From positions 62,001 to 126,000 of the forward strand of contig JAKMXF010000055.1 in the NCBI GenBank assembly GCA_024704765.1: 64,000 bases of DNA, in the 5' to 3' direction. Shown here piece after piece: positions 38,210 through 49,075 of the stretch. The notes beneath the pieces are model-generated. The model was not told where the DNA came from. It made no database searches and saw only the letters and a program-made list of their open reading frames with translations. The position numbers and the translations under genes are program-made. Position 1 is the stretch's first letter. The number at the start of each line of letters is the position of its first letter. This DNA is from Oopsacas minuta. Taxonomy: Eukaryota > Animalia > Porifera.

Positions 38210-40700
38210 GCACAACTCTGGATTAACATAGCTAGACGAAGGACACTCCTTATTTCAGAGATAGCATTCTCTGGCAGACCTAGAGCTACCGCTATCATAT
38301 GCATAGCAATCCCCTGTTACTGTTCCTGTAGACTTCAAGTAGACAGCAATTAGTCAGGTTTGCGTTGCATGTTGCACTGTATAGTTAGTAATTCAATCAA
38401 ACATACTGTGATTAAGTCACCAATTCAAAATGCACTAATTCTATGATTCTCTGAAGCTTTGCGTTCTTTTGCAATAAACTACACTCCAAATATTTAATAA
38501 ACAGAACTTACCTCTACTAGAACTAGCACAGGATACCAGCTGTTAAGGTGATAGCCTCGGCAGCCGGAATACCTCCTACGAATATCGTACAAATATAGAC
38601 AAAATATTTGTTGTTGATATTCATGTCGCGGCAGTTGACTTCACGTATTAATTGAGTTATTCATTCTAGGTTAATTTGACTTGATTAAGGATGTTGAGGA
38701 GTCAACAGCCCCAGAACAACCCCCTCCACCTATTTCACCACCTCAAAAAGTCTCCAGGAAGCGTAAACACACAGAATCCGAATGTAATACACCACCAACT
38801 TCACCAACAAAGGACTTCATGTATCTAAATAATTCCTCAAAGTCTCCTCATCCTGTAACGACCCCCAAAACACCCAAAACACCACAAACTCCTGTGACTC
38901 CCAATAATTCTACAGAATGTTGCAAAGAGTCCCATCTCAAGACCCCGCGTAAGCGTTTGATGTTATCGTCCCTTCCCCGTAAATGGAAAAACAATTGGAA
39001 TTCAATCCTTCCTCTCCAGGGGCAACATCTACATCACTTTCGGAGTTATTCGATTACGATGATTATCCCGTAAGAGATCCACAAAGGAAAAATATACTCC
39101 CCCTTCTAATCCCATCTTTAGTCCTAAATGTTCTCCCATCGCAGAAAGTGAATTTCTATCTCCATTCTTCTGCCAAGAAGAATTGGTATAAATAATAGTG
39201 TAATATTAGTAATCTCTTTTAATTACATTATGTTGTAAGGGAATAATGATATGATCCTCCCTTTATCATATATCGTGTCAGGTATTTGGGCAGTGATTGT
39301 TTGTTGTTAAGCAGCTAGAGACATAAGTGTCTCTTTAGCAAAAGTATTGCTTGTCCGGACATCTACTGAGTGTGATATCGTCCCGATTAAAGTTTAGATC
39401 AGTTACTTCACTTGTGGAGTTTTGAGGAACACATTAATACCTTCAACGTCAGTTGATATCTTCTCCAGAACTGAATATATTTCCCCTCAAGTTTAATGAT
39501 AGGTTTTCAGGAATTAACATACTGGTGGCGGCTGTGTGTTATTAAATCATTCATTACTAAACGAAAACTATTCAAATCCAATGTAAGTCGCGGCCAACTC
39601 CGACAGTTTCCAAACTTGATGCAAAATCAGGTCTCAACCGAAGATCTTCGGAGATAATGTGGTCATCTTGACAATCTTAAGGAAAAATTTTGTAGAACGT
39701 TTCGCCGACGTTATCAACATGGAGATACCGGGATGGATTATCCGTCCGTATTCGTGCGATTTGCAACAGATACCTATTGAACGAAAGGAATCACTGATTG
39801 ATTTACGTAGCGATGATGTAGTGAAGTCTTCGTTCCCTGAACAATACTACAACATTTTGTGGTGCAATATTGCTGATCAATACCCTGCTCTATGCGCCCG
39901 CACGAAAGTAATGATATTGTCATTTTCAACATCGTACCTCGTGGAGAAGGGTTTCTCAGCCGTTGTTGGACTTCTCACAAAGAAGAGGAATAGGCTGGAG
40001 ATAACCAAACGTGGTGGTGACCTTCGGCTCTTCTTGACCAAATTCAGTCCCGATCTGAAAAATCTTGTAACTGTGCACAGACCCAACCTTCACACTAAAC
40101 TTATACAAATGAAAAATTTACATAAATTATGTCTTAGCATTTGGTAATATAATTAATATACAAACGAGATGGGACGAGGGGGAGGTGAGGGATGGCCCGA
40201 TCATCGAAGGGGGCGACCGACAGAAAAAGGTTGAGAAACGCTGGTGTAGAGGGTTCATATATACACTATTATGTGAATAACACATTCAAGAAGAGTAATA
40301 AACTAATAATATATTGAATAATATTTGCATTATACTATACCTACAACAGATAAACAGATATTCCGCTTATAATCAAGTAATATATTGGACTTCAAACTTT
40401 CTTAGAGAGTGGCTCTCAACGACAATATATACGGACGGTGACACATGGAGCGCTTTGCTGGTGAAGTGGGGGGGGTGCCACAAGCATGCTTCCACTTTCT
40501 GGAAGCGGAAAGGGTTGCCATCAGAGGGGGAGGAGGAGAATTGGCTGCCTCAGGGTTATTTGAAGTCGTTGGAATCGGAATCTAGTAAAAGAAAATAAAA
40601 CAAAACTCGTCCATAATAGCATGTATACATTCACACATTCTGGTGTACTCACTCTTGGTGGTGGAGCAGTAGTTTCACGATATAACAAGAGTTCTTCTCG
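38210..40700 (+). repeat. Segmental duplicate of 27625-27750 + 28141-30400 (S/T/P-rich ORF 38681-39195 and Buster remnant ending at 40243)
   Basis: Long near-identical stretches; TIR AGGTTGAGAAACGCTG at 40228-40243. Confidence 0.92.
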
Positions 40701-41009
40701 AAGGGAGTCACATATCATTCGAGACTTATCTAGTTCTTTCTTTATCCCATCTAATTCTATTTTCCTTTCATCTCACATTCTCTTAATTTAGTCTCAAAGT
40801 CAGCTGATTCTTATATCCGGTCATCCCCTCTGATAGCATATTCTTGTTTCAATGTATTAATCATATTTTGTAACTCGATCACTTTCTCTCTTTTCTTGAC
40901 AACCTCTTCCTGCTGCTCTCTCAATCTATCCTCTTGTATACCTGTAATCTTTTGAAGACTGGTCAATTGCTGAGTGAGATCTGTGTTTTCTTTCTCTTTG
41001 TCATCCAAT

Positions 41010-41825
41010 CGGGAAAATGGGAAAGTAGGAGAAGATGCCGCCTTAGTCTGGCCCAGCTCAGAAAACATTTATTTGCCCAAGAAGTATGGCTGCCAGTCTT
41101 GCTTCTTCACGTGTAATGACCTTTGTGTCATCACCGAACACGTGGAGAAGCATGTGCTGGCAGTCCGCCAACAGGCCCCCCAAGATCGCTATCATCCAGT
41201 ATACGATCTGGCGGTGAAACACTACGATTAATGATCTCTCCAATCAAATTTTTTAATTACTAAGTAAATTTATGTTTTAGTCTAGTATTTTTATGTTTAG
41301 TGTAGATTTGTAGATTTTTGTAATATTAGTTCCAATATTTAATCAATAAAGTGAATATAGTATTTCCCTCACTTTCAATTATATTGAGAATATTCCGTTG
41401 GGTTGGGCGCAACTGATACAATCTGAAGAATTGTTCGCCATTATCATGTACGCATAGTCGTAATCACAAAGAATGGCAGTAGCACCACTTATTGAACGAC
41501 ATTCACATTATATAAGAATCAATATATTTATCATTCAGGGTATGAAACCTGATCCACTTCTCGAATAGTTGAATATCATGACCTACATTCAACCAAATTC
41601 CATTAGAGTTTGTTCCTTGGCATGCTTGGAATGTTTATTCTGATTTCAAATCGGTGTCATGAGAGTTTGTATTCATTCTTATAATTGAAATATGTATTCT
41701 AAGTTCACATCGGCGTTATGAGAGTTTGTTTATTCGTCCACGTGAAATACTTATTTCCAACAACAAAGGGGTGTTGTTTCAATGTGTTCCCCTACCTTCT
41801 ACTTTCTTATAGACACTACCAGAAG
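41010..41825 (+). repeat. ~810-bp duplicate of 43955-44765 containing a small C2H2-finger ORF
   Basis: Near-identical copies; CQSC-x12-HVEKH in ORFs 40974+ and 43901+. Confidence 0.88.
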
Positions 41826-41829
41826 CGCA

Positions 41830-43175
41830 CATATACTCGGGCTAGTTACGTCCATTGTCACTCTCACAGACTAAATCTCGTACTACAGCATGTTGCCACT
41901 AAGGATGAAGATTTAAAGGTGTTTTTAGTTTGACAAATAATCTTGTGACCTTTTATAGATACCCTAAACGCAACGCTATCTTAAAACGAGCACAGAAAAG
42001 ACTTCGTTTGGGGAAGCAGTTGGTCTCACTTCCTCGCCCGATAGATATTAGGTGGCTATCTAATGCGTTAACAGTAGAAAGAATTGCTATCCTCTTCCCT
42101 AGCATTATTGAAGCACTAGAAGAATTGGAAGCTATTCCAGATATCCAAATCCAGGCACAATCTCTTTTACATCATTTGCGTTCCAAGAAATTTATATTCA
42201 TTTTGAACATCCTTTCTAAGATACTTGATGTAGCCGAATGCTGCACAAAAACTCTTCAGAGCCATTCTTTGGCACTCGATAATGCTGTTGGATTTATTAA
42301 TGGATTACGTGACTTACTAATTATGTATAGAAGTGAAGAATATTTTTTTGAAGTTTTCAAGTTGACAGATGAAATTGCATTTAAATTCGAAATCACAGCT
42401 TGGGATTCCAGAACTGAAAGAGTTCGACATGTTCCTCAACGTTTTGATGATTACTTTGATTGTAATATTAGATATACAAAGACAGTACGTTCTGTTGAAG
42501 ATTTGAAAATTATTTGGCACGATTTATATGACAACTTATTAGGAGATATTGATCGTCGATTTTCTGAAGATAGTATGAGCTTTTTTCATTGTACTCATAA
42601 TATACTAAATAGAAATAATTACTGCGAAAGTGAATTGACTCAACGATTCAATATAATCATTCCCGAAAGTGAAGCAATTATGTTTAATGCATTTTCTCAA
42701 CGTTCCCTCGTAGAGACACCAATTTTGCTGGACCTGACTTCTATTTGCGATCCTAACATATTTGATAATATCTCAAAATTGTTAAATATTCTTGTAGTTT
42801 GTCCAGTCACAACAGTATGCGTTGAACGTCTATTCTCTACTGTGAATCTAATCCACAGTTCACATCGAGCGAGTATGTTGACAACAAGATTGTGCAATTT
42901 ATCACTACTCTCTTTTGAAACAGATATAATAAAGAAGCTTCAAGAAACTCCTCTTATAGTAGAAAAAGTTATGCGAAAGATGGTCAAGAAGTAGTATGCT
43001 TGTAGTTAATATTAGATTTGATGATTAGATACCTACTAGGAATAGATACTAGTTTTTGTAATCCTAGCTTCATTACTAATTGTTCTAGATCATTTTGCCT
43101 TCTAAGATTTATTGCCCCCCCATTTAGGGTTTGTTGCCCCCCCCCCCCCCAAATTTAAAGTTTGTTACGCCACTG
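41830..43175 (+). mobile_element. hAT transposon 3' half (ZMYM1/PRKRIR-like transposase) with right terminus
   Basis: YVHCHSHRLNLVL, IRWLS and TTVCVERLFS; terminus GTTACGCCACTG at 43164-43175 after a C-run. Confidence 0.85.
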
Positions 43176-45352
43176 ACTTGGCATTTACCAAAATGTGACA
43201 ATACTTCCCAAATTGGGTGTCTAAGATTACTGAAAATAATCACTCCTAAACCTTCAATAATTTCTACAAAATCCTTTACTTTATTATTTTTCTTCGATTT
43301 TCTCAAAACTATGTTTTCATGAATTTCATAATTTACTTTTCAGAATTACTTTAGCTTTGTTATTAAATGTAAATAAAATTTGTTTATTATTGACTTTTTG
43401 TGTTGTTTGGAATATTTTACGATTTTTATTAATTATCGCACGCTACTGATCCTTTACAATATATGAGTTTAAATCTCACGCAACAGATCCCCCCTCTGGT
43501 TATTTCTATCCACTAATACGAATTTTTGTATTTTTATTGGATTTTTTTGGCTAATTATTATAATTATTCGTAAGCGTTAATAAATACATTAATTTAATTC
43601 AATGCTTGAGGATTAGAAGATGTAATTCATAGTTATTTACATTCTTCTATTTCATTCATTGGCATATTCTGATATTCGAATGGATTGGATATTGATCTTA
43701 CGTGTGGGCATACCTTGTGTCAGTCATCAATAGCCTCTTCCGGTGTTAGTCACAGTTTAGAACTATTGCTTTAGGTAATCAGTACTATTCAACTAGGTGT
43801 CTGGTTAACACCTATTCAAATCTGACAAGAGCATTCTAATATATTGGCTATACCCGGGCGCGTATAAATACAATTATTATAAACTGAAAGACAAATACAA
43901 ATGCTAATCATTTTTATTTCTATAGTATTATTATTCCGAAAGATCGGGAAAATGGGGAAAGTAGGAGAAGAGGGTGATGCCGCCTTAGTCTGGCCCAGCT
44001 CAGAAAATATTTATTTGCCGAAGAAGTATGGCTGCCAGTCTTGCTTCTTCACGTGTGATGACCTTTGTGTCATCACCGAACACGTGGAGAAGCATGTGCT
44101 GGCAGTCCGCCAACAGGCCCCCCAAGATCGCTATCATCCAGTATACGATCTGGCGGTGAAACACTACGATTAATGATCTCTCCAATCAAATTTTTTAATT
44201 ACTAAGTAAATTTATGTTTTAGTCTAGTATTTTTATGTTTAGTGTAGATTTGTAGATTTTTGTAATATTAGTTCCAATATTTAATCAATAAAGTGAATAT
44301 AGTATTTCCCTCACTTTCAATTATATTGAGAATATTCCGTTGGGTTGGGCGCAACTGATACAATCTGATGAATTGTTCGCCATTATCATGTACGCATAGT
44401 CGTAATCACAAAGAATGGCAGTAGCACCACTTATTGAACGACATTCACATTATATAAGAATCAAATATATTTATCATTCAGGGTATGAAACCTGATCCAC
44501 TTCTCGAATAGTTGAATATCATGACCTACATTCAACCAAATTCCATTACAGTTTGTTCCTTGGCATGCTTGAAATGTTTATTCTGATTTCAAATCGGTGT
44601 CATGAGAGTTTGTATTCATTCTTATAATTGAAATATGTATTCTAAGTTCACATCGGCGTTATGAGAGTTTGTTTATTCGTCCACGTGAAATACTTATTTC
44701 CAACATCAAAGGGGTGTTGTTTCAATGTGTTCCCCTACCTTCTACTTTCTTATAGACACTACCAGAATTTTCACCATCCAGTTTACACTCTAAATTTGCT
44801 GTCCAATTTTGTGTACTTTTTTTTCTTATTTTTCCCTAACTACATCATTGGTTCTAAGTATGTTGTTTTTGCATTTCCTGCAAGAGTTATTCTATATCTT
44901 TTGTGGTTGAATTTCTGATGTAAACTGAACTAGAACTATTCTGATCTTGTTTTTCAATCATGATAGAACATTTCTATAACCTCTAGTCTTACTTCTGTTA
45001 GAATCCTAGCATCCAATACCCAAGGTTGTCATTACTCTATTATCCATCACATTTTATTGTTCGTTGGCTTGGTTTTTCCTTCAGCCACAAACATTTTTCA
45101 ATTCTCAAGGAATTGCCCTAATTGTGGCTGCTGATAACTGATTATTTGTACATGAATCAACTTAATAAATCCCTACCCCTAAACCAGGCACGTAGCTACG
45201 GGGGGGCAAGGGGGGCAGTCGCCCCCCCAGATAAATTTGGAAGTTTTCGTTTTTATATACAATGTAGTTAGCTTATTAGTAATATTGCTCTATTAGCAAC
45301 CAGCTTTCGGGTCCCAAACGGGATTATAATGTTAATTTCGTTGCCCTATTAG

Positions 45353-45802
45353 NATTTCGGAATTTCAAAGGAAATTGTCAATGATAGTGAAAGTTTTGTG
45401 AGATCTTCTACGCTATCAAATAGTAGTTCTGTGCATACAACCAAGCTCGGCTCACGACTGTATGCCTCTCCAGAACAGCTGATCTCTAGTCACTACTCTT
45501 TTAAGACTGATATTTTCAGTTCTGCCCTAGTGTTCCTGGAGCTATTTTACCCATTGACATCAGACAATGAAAAGTGTAATGTCTTCAGTGATGTTAGAGA
45601 GAGCAAGATTGCCACAGAATTTCTAGAAACCTTTCCATTTCAATCCTCTCTCATTTTAGAAATGGTGAATTTGACTTGGCGTGATCGGCCGGATGCCGCC
45701 ATGGTACTCAATAGATTATTAATAAACAGTAAGGATCCAGCTAAAGAAGTTTTATTACTGAAGAAACGAATTGCAGAATTGGAAGCGCAACAACGATGTT
45801 GA
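45353..45802 (+). pseudogene. eIF2-alpha kinase-like C-lobe exon
   Basis: After an AG acceptor: (N)AT TTC GGA = DFG, HTTKLGSRLYASPEQL, KTDIFS..LVFLELFYP, RDRP; base 45353 is N. Confidence 0.8.
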
Positions 45803-46632
45803 AGAATACAGTAAGAACTTAACAATTTTGTATTTTTATGTAACAAATTTGACTAACAGTGTTAACCCAATATATTTCATGTTTTTTTCTGGAATATTCA
45901 ACTTTATTTATAATTTTTATTATTAATTATTTTTTGAAGGTTTGTGCTAATTTAGGGATGGATAGTTCTGTACTAATTTCATTATTAACGATTCATCGTG
46001 CGTAGTATCAATTCGCCAGGGCTGTCTATCTGTAATTCCTGTGATTTCTTAGGATGAAATAGAAATTCTCACTAGTTATCATATCTATATTATTATATCT
46101 CAATTGTTGTTTGTCCGTTGCCAAGGAAAGGATTTACGTTATGCAATTTTGAAATTGCCGCATAACTATGCATTTATCGTGTTTATCAAAGGAGTAAATA
46201 GCTTTTGCACTAGCACAAGATAACTATCTAGTATGTGAGGCTAGTGTAGATGAGGAACTCTCTCCATCGTTTAAGTGGCTAATAGATGGAATCCTTTGCA
46301 GGTGAATATAGTGCCTTATCACCGCTATAAATATACTGAGAGTGATCATCCTCCCATTTATCCCTCCTCCTCTCCCACTCTCTCTCTTCCTCGTGTTAAA
46401 CAACAAGCTCGTGCTCGTATCAATGAGGTGAGTAAAGAGATTGATACTCTTAAGCTGGGACGGGGGGCTGATGCTAAAACTAGTGTTACTCAACAGGTAT
46501 TTCCCGTCTAATAACCTCTCACATGTAACTAGATAGCTAAATACCTTGTGAATGTTATTCTTAATATTTTGTCTTTTAGAAATTCGAGGAATCTCTGAAT
46601 ATGAGCCCTTCTTCTTCTCGGGCTAGTTCTCC

Positions 46633-48493
46633 CAGCACGGTTACAGCTGCGTACAGCCATTACCATAGAAACCATTGATAAATGTTTTTGGGTTGCATAA
46701 AATGCCCTATTAGCAAGGGTGGGGGATAAACCAATGATTGAATTCATAATATCAATCCCACTTTTACCAATCCCAGCAAGCTTACCACCCAATACTTGTA
46801 ACATATTGTGACCAAACATTATTTTATTATCTCCCTCAGTGGATTGGGATCTAGGGAGCGAATAAAATTCTGAAGAATGTCGACACTGTTCGCAGATAAT
46901 ATACTAATGCTTGACAACACCATTCGTATAACAGGATTGGTACAGTCCTAAATTTCCTTTCATACAATATTTACACATAGAAACTTCAGCTAAACTGTTT
47001 TCAAGTATACTTATGTCAATAAGAACTTGACCATCGACCTTTGACAAATTTCTAGTTACTGGTTTTTCCTTCCCAATCTGAAATATATCCATATCTTTAT
47101 GCTGAATACCACCGATACAACTACGACTAAGTTTACTTTCAGAAGTAGTGAGACAAACTTCAGAGATGGCTTCTAATTCACACAGCTCACTGTCAACATT
47201 ATCATCCAACTTAGGGGACTTACTTCGTAGTTCCAACTCTTCAAAATCAGAAGTCAAACTTGATTGGCCGAAAGAGGTAGGAGGTCGGATAGTTTTCGGA
47301 TTGAAACGATGAACAAAACTTTTCTTACTTTTTTCTTACCATAAACAAATCAATTTGGAGGAATATAAGCAAAATTTGAATCTGTTGCAGTAAATTGTGC
47401 AATAGACGAAGAAGGTTGTACAAAATCAAAATTCTTAGGAACAGTATTGACGAACAATGAATCATCATTCTTATTTCCGTCACCCTTTGGACCCGGGTTT
47501 AGTTCTACACACCCAATTACAAGTAACATTGAGATCACACAAGCAAGAAGAGCTATGCCTGACGCAATTTCTAGTTGAAAGTGCTGGGAGAAGAAGAACA
47601 TTATTCTCTTTGAATTGAATAACCCAATTTTAGCTCTCCAGAGCTCCAAAGCGATCATTGATAGAGAAAAAATGACAATAAATATGCTAAAGGTTTGAAG
47701 AGAAGGGATTGGTAAGAATAATTGCAAACACAAATGGAATATAGGGATCAATATAAATTTCGCGAATAAAAAAGATAACTATGAAACCCAGCAGGGTAAA
47801 GCGAGTTTGTTAATGACTAATAAGTAGGATACGGTACATTAAATTTAGGTGCTGGCCCTAGAGTTTTATAAGGTTTTTTCCTCCATCTGAATAGACTCTC
47901 CCTTGTCCAGCCGCATTTACTATCGCTTACTCTGTAGTTCCAGGAAGGATAATGAAAATGTACAAATTCTTCCTCTGAACTAGGAAGCTCTGGTAGTGAC
48001 TCTGAGGATTCTGTAACCGTAAAATCCTCCAGCTTCATCCTTTTCGCTGGAGTCTCTTCAGTTTTCTCCAATCCCCATTTGCGGGTTGTATATGTACATC
48101 TTGAGGCTCTCCCTCTGTTTTCAGGTGGGAGATAGCCTGGTGGAGACGTTTGGGATTTTGAAAATTCTCGAGACATTCTTATATATTCTATTGGAACATG
48201 TGCAAAATTATATCAGCATTGGGGTATATCGAATACTTCAGTCAAATTTCATAATCAGACAATCAAATTGTGACACGTGTTGAGATGCGTAATTATTTGT
48301 GAGATATGGAAATATTTTAAAGAAGTCATCAGAATATATAACGGCAAAATGCGAAAAATATTTGAGATATTAATTCAAAACAGCCCAGAAATCTTGGAAA
48401 ACTTCCTAAGAACCCAAGAATCCAATAAAACAGAAAATATTAGAATTTCAAAAATTTCTGAAAATTATGCATATTATATAGGATACTTCCCCC
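46633..48493 (-). mobile_element. Kolobok DNA transposon, 5' half
   Basis: TTAA at 48494-97 then TIR GGGGGAAGTATCCT; degraded transposase N-terminus (CKYC..., AGIGKSG..IIGL); 170-bp overlap with the 3' half. Confidence 0.8.
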
Positions 48494-48700
48494 TTAAATA
48501 GACGTGAATTCAATGCTCTTGATTTGATATAATTGACAATTTTAACAGCATCATCAAATACCATGTGTAATTCTGGGCTCATTTTCTTAGTTGCCAAGGC
48601 TTGTTTATGAATCATGCAATGTTGCCATTTTAAATTTGGATTTACTGACTTAAGGTGAGCAATAAGACCATTTGTGTGTCCTGTTATTGAGGGATCATTT
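48494..48700 (-). mobile_element. Buster-type hAT fragment, upstream of the Kolobok insertion site
   Basis: TGHTNGLI..WQHCMIHKQALA.K...VKIVNYIKSRALNSRLF ending at TTAA. Confidence 0.85.
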
Positions 48701-48860
48701 GGATTTAGCATATATGGAATTTATCATAATTCATACATACATACTAAGACTATCGAACATTTACTAATCAATTGAATAACATACCTATGTTGAAAACAAA
48801 TTATCGTATAAAGGTAACAACCTAATAGTAATTGCAATAGAGTTAAGGTAAATACTTGCT

Positions 48861-48975
48861 TATTTATAGTTGAGTGAGTAAGAAGAGTAGATGTGCCTAT
48901 TGTATTATTCTAAAGTTGTGACTATGGATTAAGTGAAGTGAGTAGTGGAAATTCTAGAATATTCCAGAATGTTCT
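48861..48975 (-). promoter_or_regulatory. Heat-shock element (5 alternating nGAAn units) plus TATA box in the retroelement 3' UTR
   Basis: ATTCT-AGAAT-ATTCC-AGAAT-GTTCT at 48951-48975; TATAAATA on minus strand at 48868->48861, ending 40 bp before the 37-bp repeat. Confidence 0.65.
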
Positions 48976-49075
48976 TTTTGTCTAAAAATAGAACTCCTTC
49001 TAATAATAGTGATATACGGCAGTTTTGACCTATATACAGCCTGCCAAAGGGCTTAGAAATCTGTTCGTCATTCTT

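Noticed and set aside
17050-45802. eIF2AK N-lobe (17-18 kb, minus) and C-lobe (45.4-45.8 kb, plus) as halves of one split or trans-spliced gene
   Set aside because: Opposite strands and 27 kb apart; N-lobe copy is frameshifted; no evidence they derive from the same paralog
48700-49075. Hammerhead ribozyme or telomeric repeats at the PLE ends
   Set aside because: No CTGAnGA...GAAA core on either strand of the 3' UTR and no TTAGGG-like tract seen by eye; an Infernal search could still find a divergent ribozyme
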